DNA of 35,795 bases from contig DATART010000124.1 in NCBI GenBank assembly GCA_036264035.1, positions 1 to 35,795 on the forward strand, read 5' to 3'. The notes beneath the pieces were generated by a model. It was not told where the DNA came from. It worked only from the letters and a program-made list of their open reading frames with translations, and did not search any database. This document shows positions 14,624 to 22,209 of the stretch, piece after piece; the first letter of the stretch is position 1, and each line of letters begins with the position of its first letter. Source of the stretch: Thermoanaerobaculia bacterium. Lineage in GTDB: Bacteria; Acidobacteriota; Thermoanaerobaculia; Gp7-AA8. The position numbers were made by a program, and so were the translations under genes.

Positions 14624-17600
14624 CCATCGAGAACCGAAGTGCCGCGTGTCTCGATGCAGAAGTCCTCGCTGCCTTTGCCGACGGAAAGTTGACGAGGAGC
14701 GAAATGCCGGCGGTGCTGGCGCACCTGCGCGACTGCCCGAACTGTATGAGCGCATTGGAAATCGCGAACGAGATTGCCGGCGCAAAGGAGGCGCATTCCT
14801 TTCGCTTGTGGTGGGCCGCGGCCGCGGCGGTAATCGCGATCGCGATCGTCGTCGCCATTCCGCTGCTGCGCCGCGACGAATCGCCGACCGCGAAGCTCAG
14901 CAGGTACGCGCCGGCTGATGCGCGAACGGTCGAGACGCGGCTCGCGGCATTTCCGTGGGCGCCATACCGCGGGCCGCTCCGCGCCGGCGACGCTGCAGAA
15001 GACGCCCGGCGCCTGCAACTGGCCGGTGTTGCCGGCGATGCCGTCGCGCGCGCGAACACCGATCCCGCCGCCGAAGCGCAGCGGACGGCCGGCGTCGCTC
15101 TTCTGCTGGTCGGCGAACCCGAGAACGCGCTGAAGCGATTGCGACTCGCTGCCGAGCGAGCCCCCAACGATGCCGCGACGTGGTCCGACCTCGCTGCGGC
15201 TCTCGACGCCGCGGCCGTGCGCCTGGAGCGGAAGTCGCTACATACCGAGGCGTTGGCGGCGGCCGATCACGCGCTCGCGGTGGATGCATCGCATCCGGCC
15301 GCGCTCTTCAATCGCGCGTTGATCCTCGAGCACCTCGGCCTCGGCGGCGAGGCGCGCAAGGCATGGGATCGCTATCTCGCCGTCGATCCGTCGTCCCACT
15401 GGGCCGATGAGGCACGGCAGCACCTCCGCCGCTTGCCGGTGTCGACGGGCGAGGCGCGCTTCCGCGCCGCGCAGACCGACCTCGCGACCGTGGCAACCAT
15501 GGTGCCTTCGTTTCCGCAACTGAGCCGCGCGTACGCGGAAGGCATCTACCTCGGGCGCTGGGGCGCATCGGGCGACGTCGCGAATCTCGATGCAGCTCGC
15601 GCCATCGGCGACGCGCTGGTCCGATCGTCGGGTGAATCGTTGCTGCGCGACAGCGTGCGGGTCATCGACGCGTCGGCGGGCGAACGGCGGAAGCAACTCG
15701 CCGCAGCGCATGCGCTCTACGACCGCGCGCGCGCCACACTCTGGCATCGCCAGTCGCAGTCCGCGGAGCGCGAGCTTCGCGACGCTGCGGCCGACTTCGA
15801 GCGCGTTGGCAGTCCCATGTCGCTCGTAGCGCGGTACTACGCGGCCTGCGCGCGGTTCGAGAACGACGACATCGCGGGTTCCCGCGCGGAGCTCGAGCGC
15901 CTGCTCGCCGAGAGCAACGCACATCCGGAGTTCGTCGCTTTGCAGGCGCAGATCCACTGGCAGTTGGCGACCGTGGCCTTTTCCGCGGCCGACTGGGTCT
16001 CGGCTCTGGAGCCATTGAGCGAGGCCGAGCAACGTTTCCGCCGTCTCGGCGAGCGCGCCAACCTCGCCTTCATCAAGGGCATGCAGTCGACCGCGCTGGG
16101 CTGTCTCGGCCGGCCGGATGAAGCGTGGGCGGCCCGCATCGAAGCCTTTCGCGGCCTTGACTGGGAGGGGTATGCCGATCGTCTGCCGGTCACGCTCGGC
16201 GGCGCTGCGCGCATGGAATTGCACGCCGGACGGCTCGACACCGCCCAGTCGTTTCTGCACCTCGAAGTTAATGCTCTGCGTAACCTCCAAGACCATGCGC
16301 AATTGACCAACGCGCTCGTCCGCGAGACCTTGCTGCAGATCGAGCGCGGCGATCGCGTTGCTGCGTCGGAAGCGGAGCGCCAGGCCATGATCGCCGCGAG
16401 GTCACTCTCCGGACCGGCGCGCGGCATCGCCTTCGCCGATACATCGCTCGCCGCCGGCGCGGTCGCGCTGCCGGACAATGCCAGAGCGGCGCGCGAAGCG
16501 CTGACGTCCGCTATCGATTTCTACCGCGCCTCGGGGCGAATGATCTTCCTCCCGCAGGCGCATCTGCTTCGCGCCCGGGCCTCGCTGCGCGTTGCCGACC
16601 GCGCCGCCGCTCTGCGCGATCTCGACGAAGGGCTGGAGGTCCTCGACCGTCATGGCCGCCGCCTTGCCGGCCCGCTCGTCGGGACGGACATTCTCGACGC
16701 CGGCGCGGCGCTCGGGCAGGAAGCGATCCGGCTGCGCCTTGACATGGGCGACGTCGCGGGCGCGTTTCGCGAAGGCGAACGGCGCAATCTCCGTGTTGAT
16801 GGATCTGCGGATTCCCCTGTCCTTCTCGACGTCCTGCAGCACCGCCTGGCCGGTTCGTCCTCGGCCGTGATGATGCTGATGGTGGTCCCCGGCGAGGCCA
16901 TGGCGATCACCGTCACTGCAACGACGATCGCCACAGCTCGCGCGCCGCTCGACGAGCAGGCGCTCGATGCGCGGATTCGTGGCGCCGTTGAAGGTAAAAA
17001 CGACGATGCGGCCGGGCTGTACGACGCTCTCGTCCGCCCGTCGGAACCGGTCCTCGCGGGCATCGAACGGCTGATCGTCGTAGCCGATCCTCGATTGCGC
17101 AACGTTCCATATGCGGCACTTTACGATCGGATGAAAAAGCGTTACCTCATCGAAGCGGTCGCGGTTGCCGTCGCGCAGAGCGCCTCATCGCTGCGCGAGC
17201 AGCACGCGGCAGCCCCGCGGCTGGCCGTCGCTGTGGCGTTGCCGTCGGGTACGTTGGCGCCGCTGCCCGGCGCACGGCGGGAGCTCGACGATTTGACGTC
17301 GCTGTATCCGAAGCTCGTCGTCATCGAGCCCGCGTTCGCGACGCTGCCGGCGTTCGCGGCCGCCGCCGCGCACGCCGGAGTGGTCCACATTGCCGGACAC
17401 ACGTCGCACGTACCCGGCATGAGCGAGCCGGCGCTTCCTTTCGCACAGCACAGCGCGACGTGGAGAGATCTGTGCGGCCTTCGATTCGAAGCCGCCTCGG
17501 TGGTAATCCTCTCCGCCTGCGAGACGCTCAGCCGCACCTCCACGGGCAGTCTCGGAAGCGGCGTGCTCGCCGCGGGAGCGGGAGACGTGATCGGCACGCT

Positions 17601-17781
17601 GGCGCCGATCGCCGACGACGACGCGGCCGGCCTCTTCCAGCAGATCCATCGCGGCCTCGCCGCCGGAATGCCGGCATCGGACGCGCTCCGGCGCGCGCAA
17701 CTCGACGCTCTCGCCATGGAGTCAGCGACCGACCGTCACACAACGTGGCGCGCCGTGGCCTTGCTAACGCGACACATTTGA
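14620..17781 (+). CDS. membrane anti-sigma factor (zf-HC2) fused to TPR repeats and a CHAT (caspase-like) protease domain
   Basis: AHLRDCPNC (HxxxCxxC), TM span FRLWWAAAAAVIAIAIVVAIPLL, long TPR-like helical region, C-terminal CHAT motifs VVHIAGHTSH and VVILSACETL. ATGA overlap with the sigma gene and GGAGGAGGG just upstream. Confidence 0.8.
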   Translation: MTIENRSAACLDAEVLAAFADGKLTRSEMPAVLAHLRDCPNCMSALEIANEIAGAKEAHSFRLWWAAAAAVIAIAIVVAIPLLRRDESPTAKLSRYAPADARTVETRLAAFPWAPYRGPLRAGDAAEDARRLQLAGVAGDAVARANTDPAAEAQRTAGVALLLVGEPENALKRLRLAAERAPNDAATWSDLAAALDAAAVRLERKSLHTEALAAADHALAVDASHPAALFNRALILEHLGLGGEARKAWDRYLAVDPSSHWADEARQHLRRLPVSTGEARFRAAQTDLATVATMVPSFPQLSRAYAEGIYLGRWGASGDVANLDAARAIGDALVRSSGESLLRDSVRVIDASAGERRKQLAAAHALYDRARATLWHRQSQSAERELRDAAADFERVGSPMSLVARYYAACARFENDDIAGSRAELERLLAESNAHPEFVALQAQIHWQLATVAFSAADWVSALEPLSEAEQRFRRLGERANLAFIKGMQSTALGCLGRPDEAWAARIEAFRGLDWEGYADRLPVTLGGAARMELHAGRLDTAQSFLHLEVNALRNLQDHAQLTNALVRETLLQIERGDRVAASEAERQAMIAARSLSGPARGIAFADTSLAAGAVALPDNARAAREALTSAIDFYRASGRMIFLPQAHLLRARASLRVADRAAALRDLDEGLEVLDRHGRRLAGPLVGTDILDAGAALGQEAIRLRLDMGDVAGAFREGERRNLRVDGSADSPVLLDVLQHRLAGSSSAVMMLMVVPGEAMAITVTATTIATARAPLDEQALDARIRGAVEGKNDDAAGLYDALVRPSEPVLAGIERLIVVADPRLRNVPYAALYDRMKKRYLIEAVAVAVAQSASSLREQHAAAPRLAVAVALPSGTLAPLPGARRELDDLTSLYPKLVVIEPAFATLPAFAAAAAHAGVVHIAGHTSHVPGMSEPALPFAQHSATWRDLCGLRFEAASVVILSACETLSRTSTGSLGSGVLAAGAGDVIGTLAPIADDDAAGLFQQIHRGLAAGMPASDALRRAQLDALAMESATDRHTTWRAVALLTRHI

Positions 17782-17793
17782 AAGGAGAACATT

Positions 17794-18600
17794 ATGGGCA
17801 CCGTGAACATCAATTTTCTCGGCGTTTGCACGATTTTCAGGAATCTGGAGGTCACGCCCGGCGAGGTCATCAATCGCGTGGTGCTCGCGCGAACAACCGA
17901 GGCGTTCCAAAGACTAACAGGCGTCGTTGAGCACATTGCCAAGCTGCAGTTCGGGGCTGACGAGATCATCATCGATCAAGGACCGGGGTTGCCGCCGTTC
18001 CGGTCGCCGTTCCAGCCGCCTGCCGCAGGGTCATACGAACTCGACCAAGGAGTGCGATTGACGATCCCCAATGCAAAAAGGAGTACCGAGCTATTGCCGG
18101 AGCGCGGGTTGGATTGTCTTCCCAGCCTGGCGGTATTTCTCGATGGGACCATCGGACCTCCGGCCTCCTGGGTGTTCAATCCAGATATTGAGAACGTCCA
18201 GGCGTGGTTCGATTTCAATGGAGGTGAGGCGCTGGCCTACAAGCTGAATCCCGAGCCCCCATGCGACATTGTGCCCAGCATTACGGTCCTGACCATCGAA
18301 ACCCAAGACGATCCCCAGCTCGAATACAAGCCGCTGGGAGGCCTCCCGACCCTGATTACGCTGAAGAGCGCGTTGGAGCCGCCCAGCATATACGTCATGA
18401 ACTTCGCAGAAGGGCAGGGAGTGATCGAAGACAACAAGGATTTTCTGCTCAATTATTGCCTCGTCGATCCGTTTCCGGACATCTCGAAAATCTCCATTCC
18501 GAGAGCCAATGCTTGCCTGCTCCCGTCGCCAGGAACACCAGTCCATTTCCCCCGCTGCGGCGACGCGGGCCCGGGGTGCTCGAACACGACGTATCCGTGA
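17794..18600 (+). CDS. hypothetical protein (orphan, no recognisable motifs, no signal peptide)
   Basis: AAAGGAGAA Shine-Dalgarno 5 nt before the ATG. Starts 12 nt after the CHAT gene stop. 268 aa of protein-like composition. Lower G+C than the two upstream genes. Confidence 0.65.
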   Translation: MGTVNINFLGVCTIFRNLEVTPGEVINRVVLARTTEAFQRLTGVVEHIAKLQFGADEIIIDQGPGLPPFRSPFQPPAAGSYELDQGVRLTIPNAKRSTELLPERGLDCLPSLAVFLDGTIGPPASWVFNPDIENVQAWFDFNGGEALAYKLNPEPPCDIVPSITVLTIETQDDPQLEYKPLGGLPTLITLKSALEPPSIYVMNFAEGQGVIEDNKDFLLNYCLVDPFPDISKISIPRANACLLPSPGTPVHFPRCGDAGPGCSNTTYP

Positions 18601-18616
18601 ATTGCCGGTTGCCCCA

Positions 18617-18650
18617 CGTCACGATCGTGAATCTGAAGGGAATCGTGACG
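18617..18650. repeat. inverted repeat CGTCACGAT-N16-ATCGTGACG containing the 12-bp perfect palindrome TCACGATCGTGA
   Basis: Read directly. Starts 17 nt after the stop at 18600. No U-tract follows, so it is not a classic intrinsic terminator. Confidence 0.5.
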
Positions 18651-18998
18651 CTGGCGCGAGCGGCGTGGCCGGTGGGCCGTGGCTCTCCAGACCACGCACG
18701 TCTAATGCGATATCCACCGGCTATCGCTGTGCGCGTATCGTATTGCGCTAGCTCGGGTAGTAAAGAACATCTCACAGAGAAGCCATCTGCCGCAGTTTCG
18801 AGAACTCACCAAGGAATCCGGACCGAATTTAGTCTGATCTCCGGGGAAAACGAGCGAGGCTTGCCAGTCACAAATGGCAATCTCATTTCTTTGGTTGATG
18901 ACGTTTCTCTGTCCGTCGACCTCCCGGTCTTCCGTAAAATCTTCGTCATTCAGGCCTCAGACGCACGCGAGACCGGTCACGGAGATTTCGCGCGCTTG

Positions 18999-19027
18999 GC
19001 TAACCTTCCCGCAGACCCGGCGTCCAA
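18999..19027 (+). promoter_or_regulatory. candidate ECF-type promoter GCTAACC-N15-CGTCCAA
   Basis: AAC 19002-19004, a 16-nt spacer, then CGTC 19021-19024. About 22 nt upstream of ATG 19050, before the SD GGAGGA (19039-19044). Confidence 0.3.
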
Positions 19028-19049
19028 CACCTCGAAACGGAGGAACACC

Positions 19050-19976
19050 ATGCGACGACTTGCCCTCGTACCCGCCCTGATCGCCCTCGCCCTTCCCCTC
19101 GCTGCCATCTCCGATTACCACGGACACAGCAATTACTCGAATCACGGACTCTCGGTCTCGATTGATGACTGGGAAGACGTTCGCGACTGCAGCGCGCTGC
19201 ATGTCAGCTACAACGACCGCACCGTGCCGGTAATCGAAGAGAACGTGCCGGTGAGCGGCATGCGCTCGCTCAAAGTGCGCAGCGATCGAAACGGCTCGAT
19301 CCGCGTCGTCGGCACGACGTCTTCGACCTTCGGCGTCAAAGCCTGCAAGGCTTCCGCGCTCGGCAATGCGAATGACATCCGCGTCAACGTCAGCGGCAAT
19401 GAAGTCAGCGCTGACCCGATCGACAACGAGTCGCGATCGATCGTCTACTTTCTGGTTTCCGCACCGCGCAATGCCACGCTTAATCTCGATGCCACGAATG
19501 GCCCGATCTCCATCGACGGCGTCGATGGCTCCGTCACCGCCAACGCGCTCAACGGCCCCATCTCCGTGAAGGACTCGAACGGTACACTCGACATTCACAC
19601 GCAGAATGGCCCGATCGCGTTTGCGGGCAACTCCGGCAACGTGAAGCTGCGAGCGACGAACGGTCCCATCTCCGTAAAACTGGCCGGCTCCTCCTGGACC
19701 TCCGGCAGCCTCGATGCCTCGACGGAAAACGGCCCGCTGTCGCTCAAGGTCCCGGCGAGCTACGGTTCCGGCGTGCACGTCGAGACGGACGGCAATTCGC
19801 CGGTGAGCTGCCGCGGCGCCGCCTGCCGTGCGGCGAGGAAGGCATATGACGAAAGCGGCGAAAACGATGAAGACTACGGTCCGCGCTGGCCACGCCGCAT
19901 CGACCTCGGCTCCGGCGCGCGCATGGTGACGCTGACCACGCACAACGGTCCTGTGTCGGTGAAAGAAGGCGACTGA
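19050..19976 (+). CDS. secreted DUF4097-like (putative adhesin / beta-helix) protein
   Basis: Signal peptide MRRLALVPALIALALPLAA. Five NGP(I/L)S repeats about every 18-20 aa (ATNGPISIDG, LNGPISVKD, TQNGPIAFAG, ATNGPISVKL, TENGPLSLKV). SD GGAGGA upstream. Confidence 0.7.
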   Translation: MRRLALVPALIALALPLAAISDYHGHSNYSNHGLSVSIDDWEDVRDCSALHVSYNDRTVPVIEENVPVSGMRSLKVRSDRNGSIRVVGTTSSTFGVKACKASALGNANDIRVNVSGNEVSADPIDNESRSIVYFLVSAPRNATLNLDATNGPISIDGVDGSVTANALNGPISVKDSNGTLDIHTQNGPIAFAGNSGNVKLRATNGPISVKLAGSSWTSGSLDASTENGPLSLKVPASYGSGVHVETDGNSPVSCRGAACRAARKAYDESGENDEDYGPRWPRRIDLGSGARMVTLTTHNGPVSVKEGD

Positions 19977-19986
19977 GTCCCCCATT

Positions 19987-20014
19987 GAGGCGGCAGCGTC
20001 ACTGCTGCCGTCTC
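19987..20014. terminator. hairpin between convergent genes (stem CGGCAGC/GCTGCCG, extendable to about 11 bp with one G-U)
   Basis: gaggCGGCAGCgtcactGCTGCCGtctc followed by tcatcgttt on the plus strand. Lies between the DUF4097 stop (19976) and the dehydrogenase stop (20013). Confidence 0.35.
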
Positions 20015-21311
20015 ATCGTTTCGGCGTCACACGCCAGATCGTGTTGCCGACGTCGTCCGCGACCAGCAATGCGCCCGATCTGTCGACCGCGACGCCGACC
20101 GGACGTCCGCGCGCATCGCCTTTCTCGTCGACGAATCCCGTCAGGACATCCTCGGGCATTCCGTTCGGACGCCCATTCGCAAACGGCACGAAGATCACTT
20201 TGTAGCCGCTGAGCGGTTTGCGATTCCACGAGCCGTGCTGGCCGACGAACGCGCCGCCGGAGTAGCGCGCTGGAAAGAGCTTCGCGTCGTAGAACGTCAA
20301 GCCGAGCGACGCGGTATGCGCGCCGAGGGCGTAGTCGGGAACCGTGGCTGAAGCGACGAGATCGGGACGCTGCGGTTTCACGCGGTCGTCAACATGTTGG
20401 CCGTAGTAGCTGAACGGCCAGCCGTAAAACGCGCCGTCTTTCACGGATGTCATGTAGTCGGGAACGAGGTCGCTGCCGATTTCGTCGCGCTCATTGACCG
20501 AAGTCCAGAGAACGCCGCTTTGCGGTTGCCACGCCATGCCGACCGGATTGCGCAGTCCCGACGCGAAAATGCGCGAGCGGCCGGTCGCGCGATCGATCTC
20601 CATGATCGCGGCGCGGCCCGTCTCTTTGTCCAAGCCATTTTCAGCGGCGTTGCTATTCGATCCGATCGAAACGTAAAGCCGCGCGCCATCACGGCTGGCG
20701 ATCACGTTCTTCGTCCAGTGATGGTTGATCGTTCCCGCAAGCAGGTCGGCAACTTTCACTGCCGCACCGGCGATCTTTCCCTCGGCATATGGAAAGCGCA
20801 GCAACGCGTCCGTGTCGGCGACATAGAAGTCGTTGCCGACCAGCGCCATGCCGAACGGCGACGTTAGTCCCTGCAGAAACACGCTGCGCGTTTCCGCGAC
20901 TCCGTCGCCATCCGCATCGCGCAGCAGCGTGATGCGATTCGCGCTCGGCACCGCGCCGCCGGCCTTCTTCGACATCTTCTTCATGATCCAGCCCTTTATC
21001 CCTTTGCGGTCGTCGGGACGCTCCGGCCCATTCGTTTCGGCGACGAGAACATCGCCATTTGGAAGAACGTAGAGCCAGCGCGGATGATCGAGTCCGGTCG
21101 CGAGCGCGTTGACGGTGAAGCCGCTTGCAGCGACAGGAGTCGTCCCGGGCGGCCATCCTTTCGCCGGCGCGATCTGAAACGTCGGAATGAGCTGAGGCCT
21201 CGGCTCGACCAGCGTCGGATTCGGTCCCGTCACCGCCGACACGGGAAGCTTCGCAGTCTCCCCGCAGCCATACGCGAACAGCAGAAGGAGAAACGGAATG
21301 GCCTTGCGCAT
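20013..21311 (-). CDS. PQQ-dependent sugar (sorbosone/glucose) dehydrogenase family lipoprotein
   Basis: Lipobox LLLFAYGC. Beta-propeller motifs [48 protein letters not shown] and [26 protein letters not shown]. Confidence 0.8.
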   Translation of the reverse strand: MRKAIPFLLLLFAYGCGETAKLPVSAVTGPNPTLVEPRPQLIPTFQIAPAKGWPPGTTPVAASGFTVNALATGLDHPRWLYVLPNGDVLVAETNGPERPDDRKGIKGWIMKKMSKKAGGAVPSANRITLLRDADGDGVAETRSVFLQGLTSPFGMALVGNDFYVADTDALLRFPYAEGKIAGAAVKVADLLAGTINHHWTKNVIASRDGARLYVSIGSNSNAAENGLDKETGRAAIMEIDRATGRSRIFASGLRNPVGMAWQPQSGVLWTSVNERDEIGSDLVPDYMTSVKDGAFYGWPFSYYGQHVDDRVKPQRPDLVASATVPDYALGAHTASLGLTFYDAKLFPARYSGGAFVGQHGSWNRKPLSGYKVIFVPFANGRPNGMPEDVLTGFVDEKGDARGRPVGVAVDRSGALLVADDVGNTIWRVTPKR

Positions 21312-21385
21312 GGACGGTTCGGGTTCATGATCCGTTCCCGCTCTGCGTTACCATGAGCGAGTCACAAAAACCTGAGGAGGACGTC

Positions 21386-21448
21386 ATGGCCAAAGGCAAC
21401 AACGCCCGGAAAAAAGAGACCAAGAAGCCGAAGAAAGACAAGAAGTAA
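21386..21448 (+). CDS. Lys-rich 20-aa micro-ORF (MAKGNNARKKETKKPKKDKK)
   Basis: GAGGAGG 5 nt upstream of the ATG. TAA at 21446-21448, 8 nt before the GNAT ATG. Too short for the ORF track. Confidence 0.35.
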   Translation: MAKGNNARKKETKKPKKDKK

Positions 21449-21456
21449 CGCCCTTC

Positions 21457-22062
21457 ATGTTCCTCATCGAGACCGAACGTCTCGTCATCCGACCGTGGCA
21501 GCCGGACGACCGTCCGGCTTTCACCGCGGTCATGTCGCACGCCGAGGTGACGCAGTACATTCACGGCGGCAAGCCGTACACCGAAGCGGATGTCGATCAG
21601 TGGTTTGAGCGCCAGGCGCGCCAGATCGCCGAACACGGCATGTGCATGGGCGCGCTCGTCGAGAAATCGACGAACGTTGTCGCCGGCATCTCGGGCGTCC
21701 AACCCCTCGGCACGACGAACGACATCGAGATCGGCTGGATCCTCGGCCGCGAAGCGTGGGGCCGCGGCTTCGCCACCGAAGCCGGCGCAGCCTGCATGCG
21801 CTACGTCCTTGAAACGCTCGGTCGCCCGCGCGTCGTGGCGATCATCGATCCCGCCAACCACCCCTCCAAACGCGTCGCCGCCCGCCTCGGCATGACCTAC
21901 GAAGCGACGTACACCGGTGAACAACTAGGACATCGCTACCCGGAGATCGTGGTGGATCTGTTCGCGCGGGAGAGGGCAGCACGATTTCCGGTGTTCGACG
22001 TCGCAGCTGATCATCCACCGATCACAATCGACGACGTGAAGAGCGCGCTCGACGAAGACTAA
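21457..22062 (+). CDS. GNAT family N-acetyltransferase (RimJ/RimL-like)
   Basis: ETERLVIRPWQPDD..., IGWILGREAWGRGFATEAGAACMRY..., NHPSKRVAARLGM. Confidence 0.8.
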   Translation: MFLIETERLVIRPWQPDDRPAFTAVMSHAEVTQYIHGGKPYTEADVDQWFERQARQIAEHGMCMGALVEKSTNVVAGISGVQPLGTTNDIEIGWILGREAWGRGFATEAGAACMRYVLETLGRPRVVAIIDPANHPSKRVAARLGMTYEATYTGEQLGHRYPEIVVDLFARERAARFPVFDVAADHPPITIDDVKSALDED

Positions 22063-22209
22063 GAATCAGTGCTCGCATTTCGCGGTACCACTACCCTTGC
22101 GCAGGCTTCCCATTCGGCGGCGACGACGACGCGGAGCCAGCCGGCGAGACGCCAGCGCTCCGTTCCCACCCACAGTCGCGGCGCGCGAAATGCAATTTGT
22201 TCCGCCGTT

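Noticed and set aside
18261-18600. 5' part of the 571-aa ORF 18261..19976
   Set aside because: It overlaps the 268-aa gene in another frame and its composition is not protein-like. Only the region downstream of 18600 remains an open question (see finding on 18601-19049).
11817-19049. Genomic island or mobile element bounded by the two lower-GC patches
   Set aside because: I saw no integrase, transposase, tRNA, or flanking direct repeats. The sigma and CHAT genes between the patches have host-like high G+C. I report only a compositional heterogeneity, not a mobile element.
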